The notes below the pieces were generated by a model that ran no database searches, was not told where the DNA came from, and was given only the letters and a program-made list of their open reading frames with translations. The position numbers and the translations under genes were made by a program. A DNA stretch of 63,608 nucleotides, the filler included, from Octopus bimaculoides (Eukaryota): the NCBI RefSeq assembly GCF_001194135.2. It is 8 parts of 7 records of this genome, joined end to end, with 100 filler letters (N's around TTAATTAATTAA, not from the genome) between each part and the next. Parts side by side here need not be neighbours in the genome. Positions count along the whole stretch, not along the records: positions 58,975 to 63,608 come from NC_068989.1; 7 more parts are not named here. One strand, given 5' to 3'. The stretch's first letter is position 1; each line of letters opens with the position of its first letter. Of the stretch, positions 61,445 to 63,608 are shown in pieces.

Positions 61445-61520
61445 CACCGCCCGGTCCAGGAATCGAATTCACGACCTTGTGACCGTAAGCCTAATATCTC
61501 AACCACTAATTCACGTGCCT
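61445..61520 (-). mobile_element. tRNA-derived SINE head
   Basis: Minus strand ttagtggttgagatattaggcttacggtcacaaggtcgtgaattcgattcctggaccgggc; similar to the family A and 26285 heads. Confidence 0.6.
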
Positions 61521-63093
61521 AGTGGTTAGAATCTAGGGCTCACGATAATAGCAAAATACAAACAAAACAAATTATGTAATTTAAAAGGAGTTAACAGTTG
61601 ATCAATTTTAAATCTGGCGTTGACAATTTTATTAATTATAACATTATTCCAAGAATGCTTTGTGACCTAATGCAAAGCGCACGAGACTGTACTACGATCA
61701 TTTTATTCATGTAATGATGTATGTACGGACATATATATATGCCTATACTTTATATAAATACACATATCTTTAATAGCTGCATATTTTCGCTGAGCTACAT
61801 TTTCCCCAAATATGTTTTGTGTTCCTTCTAGACTGTGTTATTATTGTTCTTTCTCTATATTTCGAAAGCCAAGGATCCTAGCCTGCCTTCACCTATTTTA
61901 TGCTTTCACCTTGATCTCTGTGATACAAATCTACCTTTTCTACTCTCTTTTTTTCTCCTTCTCCCTCTTGTGTCTTTCTGCATTCGCCTTTCTTTCACTT
62001 CGTCCTTTGCTCTCCTTTCTTTCTCCCCATATGCCTCTTTGTATTGCCTTGTAACTCCCTTTTTCATCTTCCTTCTCTGACTCCCCCTCTCTCTCTCTCC
62101 TCTCTCCTCTCACCTCTCTTTCTTGAACTGCACCTTCTACTTTCACTATTCTAACATTTTTCTTTCTTGATCCCGAGTCGTTTCATTCTCTTTACACCAG
62201 ATTCATTCTTTTAAACCATTAAACTAACACTGGCTTTCTACCACCCCACCCCCACCACCATTGTCTTTGTCTTTAAATCATCCACCTCACAAACACACAC
62301 AGAAATACGTCATCATTAAGACGACTACGACTATGGACACGACTACCACCATCACGACAATCACGACGACGACCATCACCACCACCACCACCACCACCAC
62401 CACCACCANNNNNNNNNNNNNNNNNNNNNNNNNNNNNNNNNNNNNNNNNNNNNNNNNNNNNNNNNNNNNNNNNNNNNNNNNNNNNNNNNNNNNNNNNNNN
62501 NNNNNNNNNNNNNNNNNNNNNNNNNNNNNNNNNNNNNNNNNNNNNNNNNNNNNNNNNNNNNNNNNNNNNNNNNNNNNNNNNNNNNNNNNNNNNNNNNNNN
62601 NNNNNNNNNNNNNNNNNNNNNNNNNNNNNNNNNNNNNNNNNNNNNNNNNNNNNNNNNNNNNNNNNNNNNNNNNNNNNNNNNNNNNNNNNNNNNNNNNNNN
62701 NNNNNNNNNNNNNNNNNNNNNNNNNNNNNNNNNNNNNNNNNNNNNNNNNNNNNNNNNNNNNNNNNNNNNNNNNNNNNNNNNNNNNNNNNNNNNNNNNNNN
62801 NNNNNNNNNNNNNNNNNNNNNNNNNNNNNNNNNNNNNNNNNNNNNNNNNNNNNNNNNNNNNNNNNNNNNNNNNNNNNNNNNNNNNNNNNNNNNNNNNNNN
62901 NNNNNNNNNNNNNNNNNNNNNNNNNNNNNNNNNNNNNNNNNNNNNNNNNNNNNNNNNNNNNNNNNNNNAAACAACAAGCACTTCGCCTTCTTCACACCAT
63001 ATTTACAAGAATTTTATCTACTATTTGCATGAAAGTGAGAACAATGATCTTGACACATGATGCCACAAAACAAACATCAGACCCTCCCCAGAG

Positions 63094-63109
63094 AAGTGTG
63101 TGTGTGTGC

Positions 63110-63149
<40 letters not shown>

Positions 63150-63235
63150 GAGAGAGAGAGAGAGAGAAAGAGAAACAAGAGATAAATAGAGAGAGAGAGA
63201 GAAGGAAAGATAGAGAGAGGCAGTCAGAAAGGGAA
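63094..63235. repeat. (TG)n(AG)n compound microsatellite
   Basis: Direct reading. Confidence 0.95.
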
Positions 63236-63608
63236 GGGGCATGTAACTCTAGTTGCGTTGATTACTTTTGTAGTGCTTGGTTGTGGCAGTGATGTGTTTG
63301 ACTATTGAGGTTGCTGTGACGGCTGGATAATTGAGGAGGTGGGTGGTGGTCAAACGGCTGGTCGTGTTAGGGTTAGGAGTTGGGAAATGGAGGTTTGATA
63401 GTAGAAGGTGGTGGGGATGGTGTTTGTGGGTGGGTGGGTGGCTGGCATCGTTGTTGAGAAGCATAAATAAACTTTCTACCCCATCTCACCTCACCTCAAA
63501 GGTAAATTTCTAGTTGCTGCCTTTAAGTCTGTCGGTACCATTCTGTGGCAAATCCCTGTGGCAGATAACACACAGAGTACACATCGAAGACACGCGCGCA
63601 TTACACAC

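Noticed and set aside
390-63292. Long ORFs in the track (poly-YI, poly-VC, poly-LS and X-filled ORFs up to about 418 aa)
   Set aside because: They are translations of dinucleotide/tetranucleotide microsatellites or run through N gaps; no coding signal.

Overview
Repeat-saturated, very AT-rich metazoan genomic scaffold with many N gaps. The SINE families, microsatellite load and gap style suggest a coleoid cephalopod, most likely Octopus; this is an inference. The only host-gene sequence I can support is one 61-bp phase-0/phase-1 internal exon at 51585-51645 (+), encoding GTVRFNRGDRVGGILFEQFQ. It resembles the Venus-flytrap C-terminal segment of a GABA-B receptor subunit-2-like class C GPCR, so much of the window is probably intron. 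The rest is tRNA-derived SINEs (at least 3 families), RTE-type and R4/Dong-type (restriction-like endonuclease) LINE fragments, a decayed mariner, MITEs, a solo-LTR-like insert, a Penelope-type GIY-YIG remnant, and mini/microsatellites. The main unexpected signal is a set of minimal type-I hammerhead ribozyme motifs from several unrelated sequence families (7.9/8.1, 18.1, 19.1, 20.4, 28.8/29.7 and 44.6 kb). Some have an intact catalytic core, several have long inserted stem II, and two sets are diverging inverted pairs. This looks like a Penelope-pLTR/retrozyme-like system inside a probable neuronal receptor intron. No CRISPR arrays, rRNA genes or intact tRNA genes were seen. All alignments and folds were done by eye.
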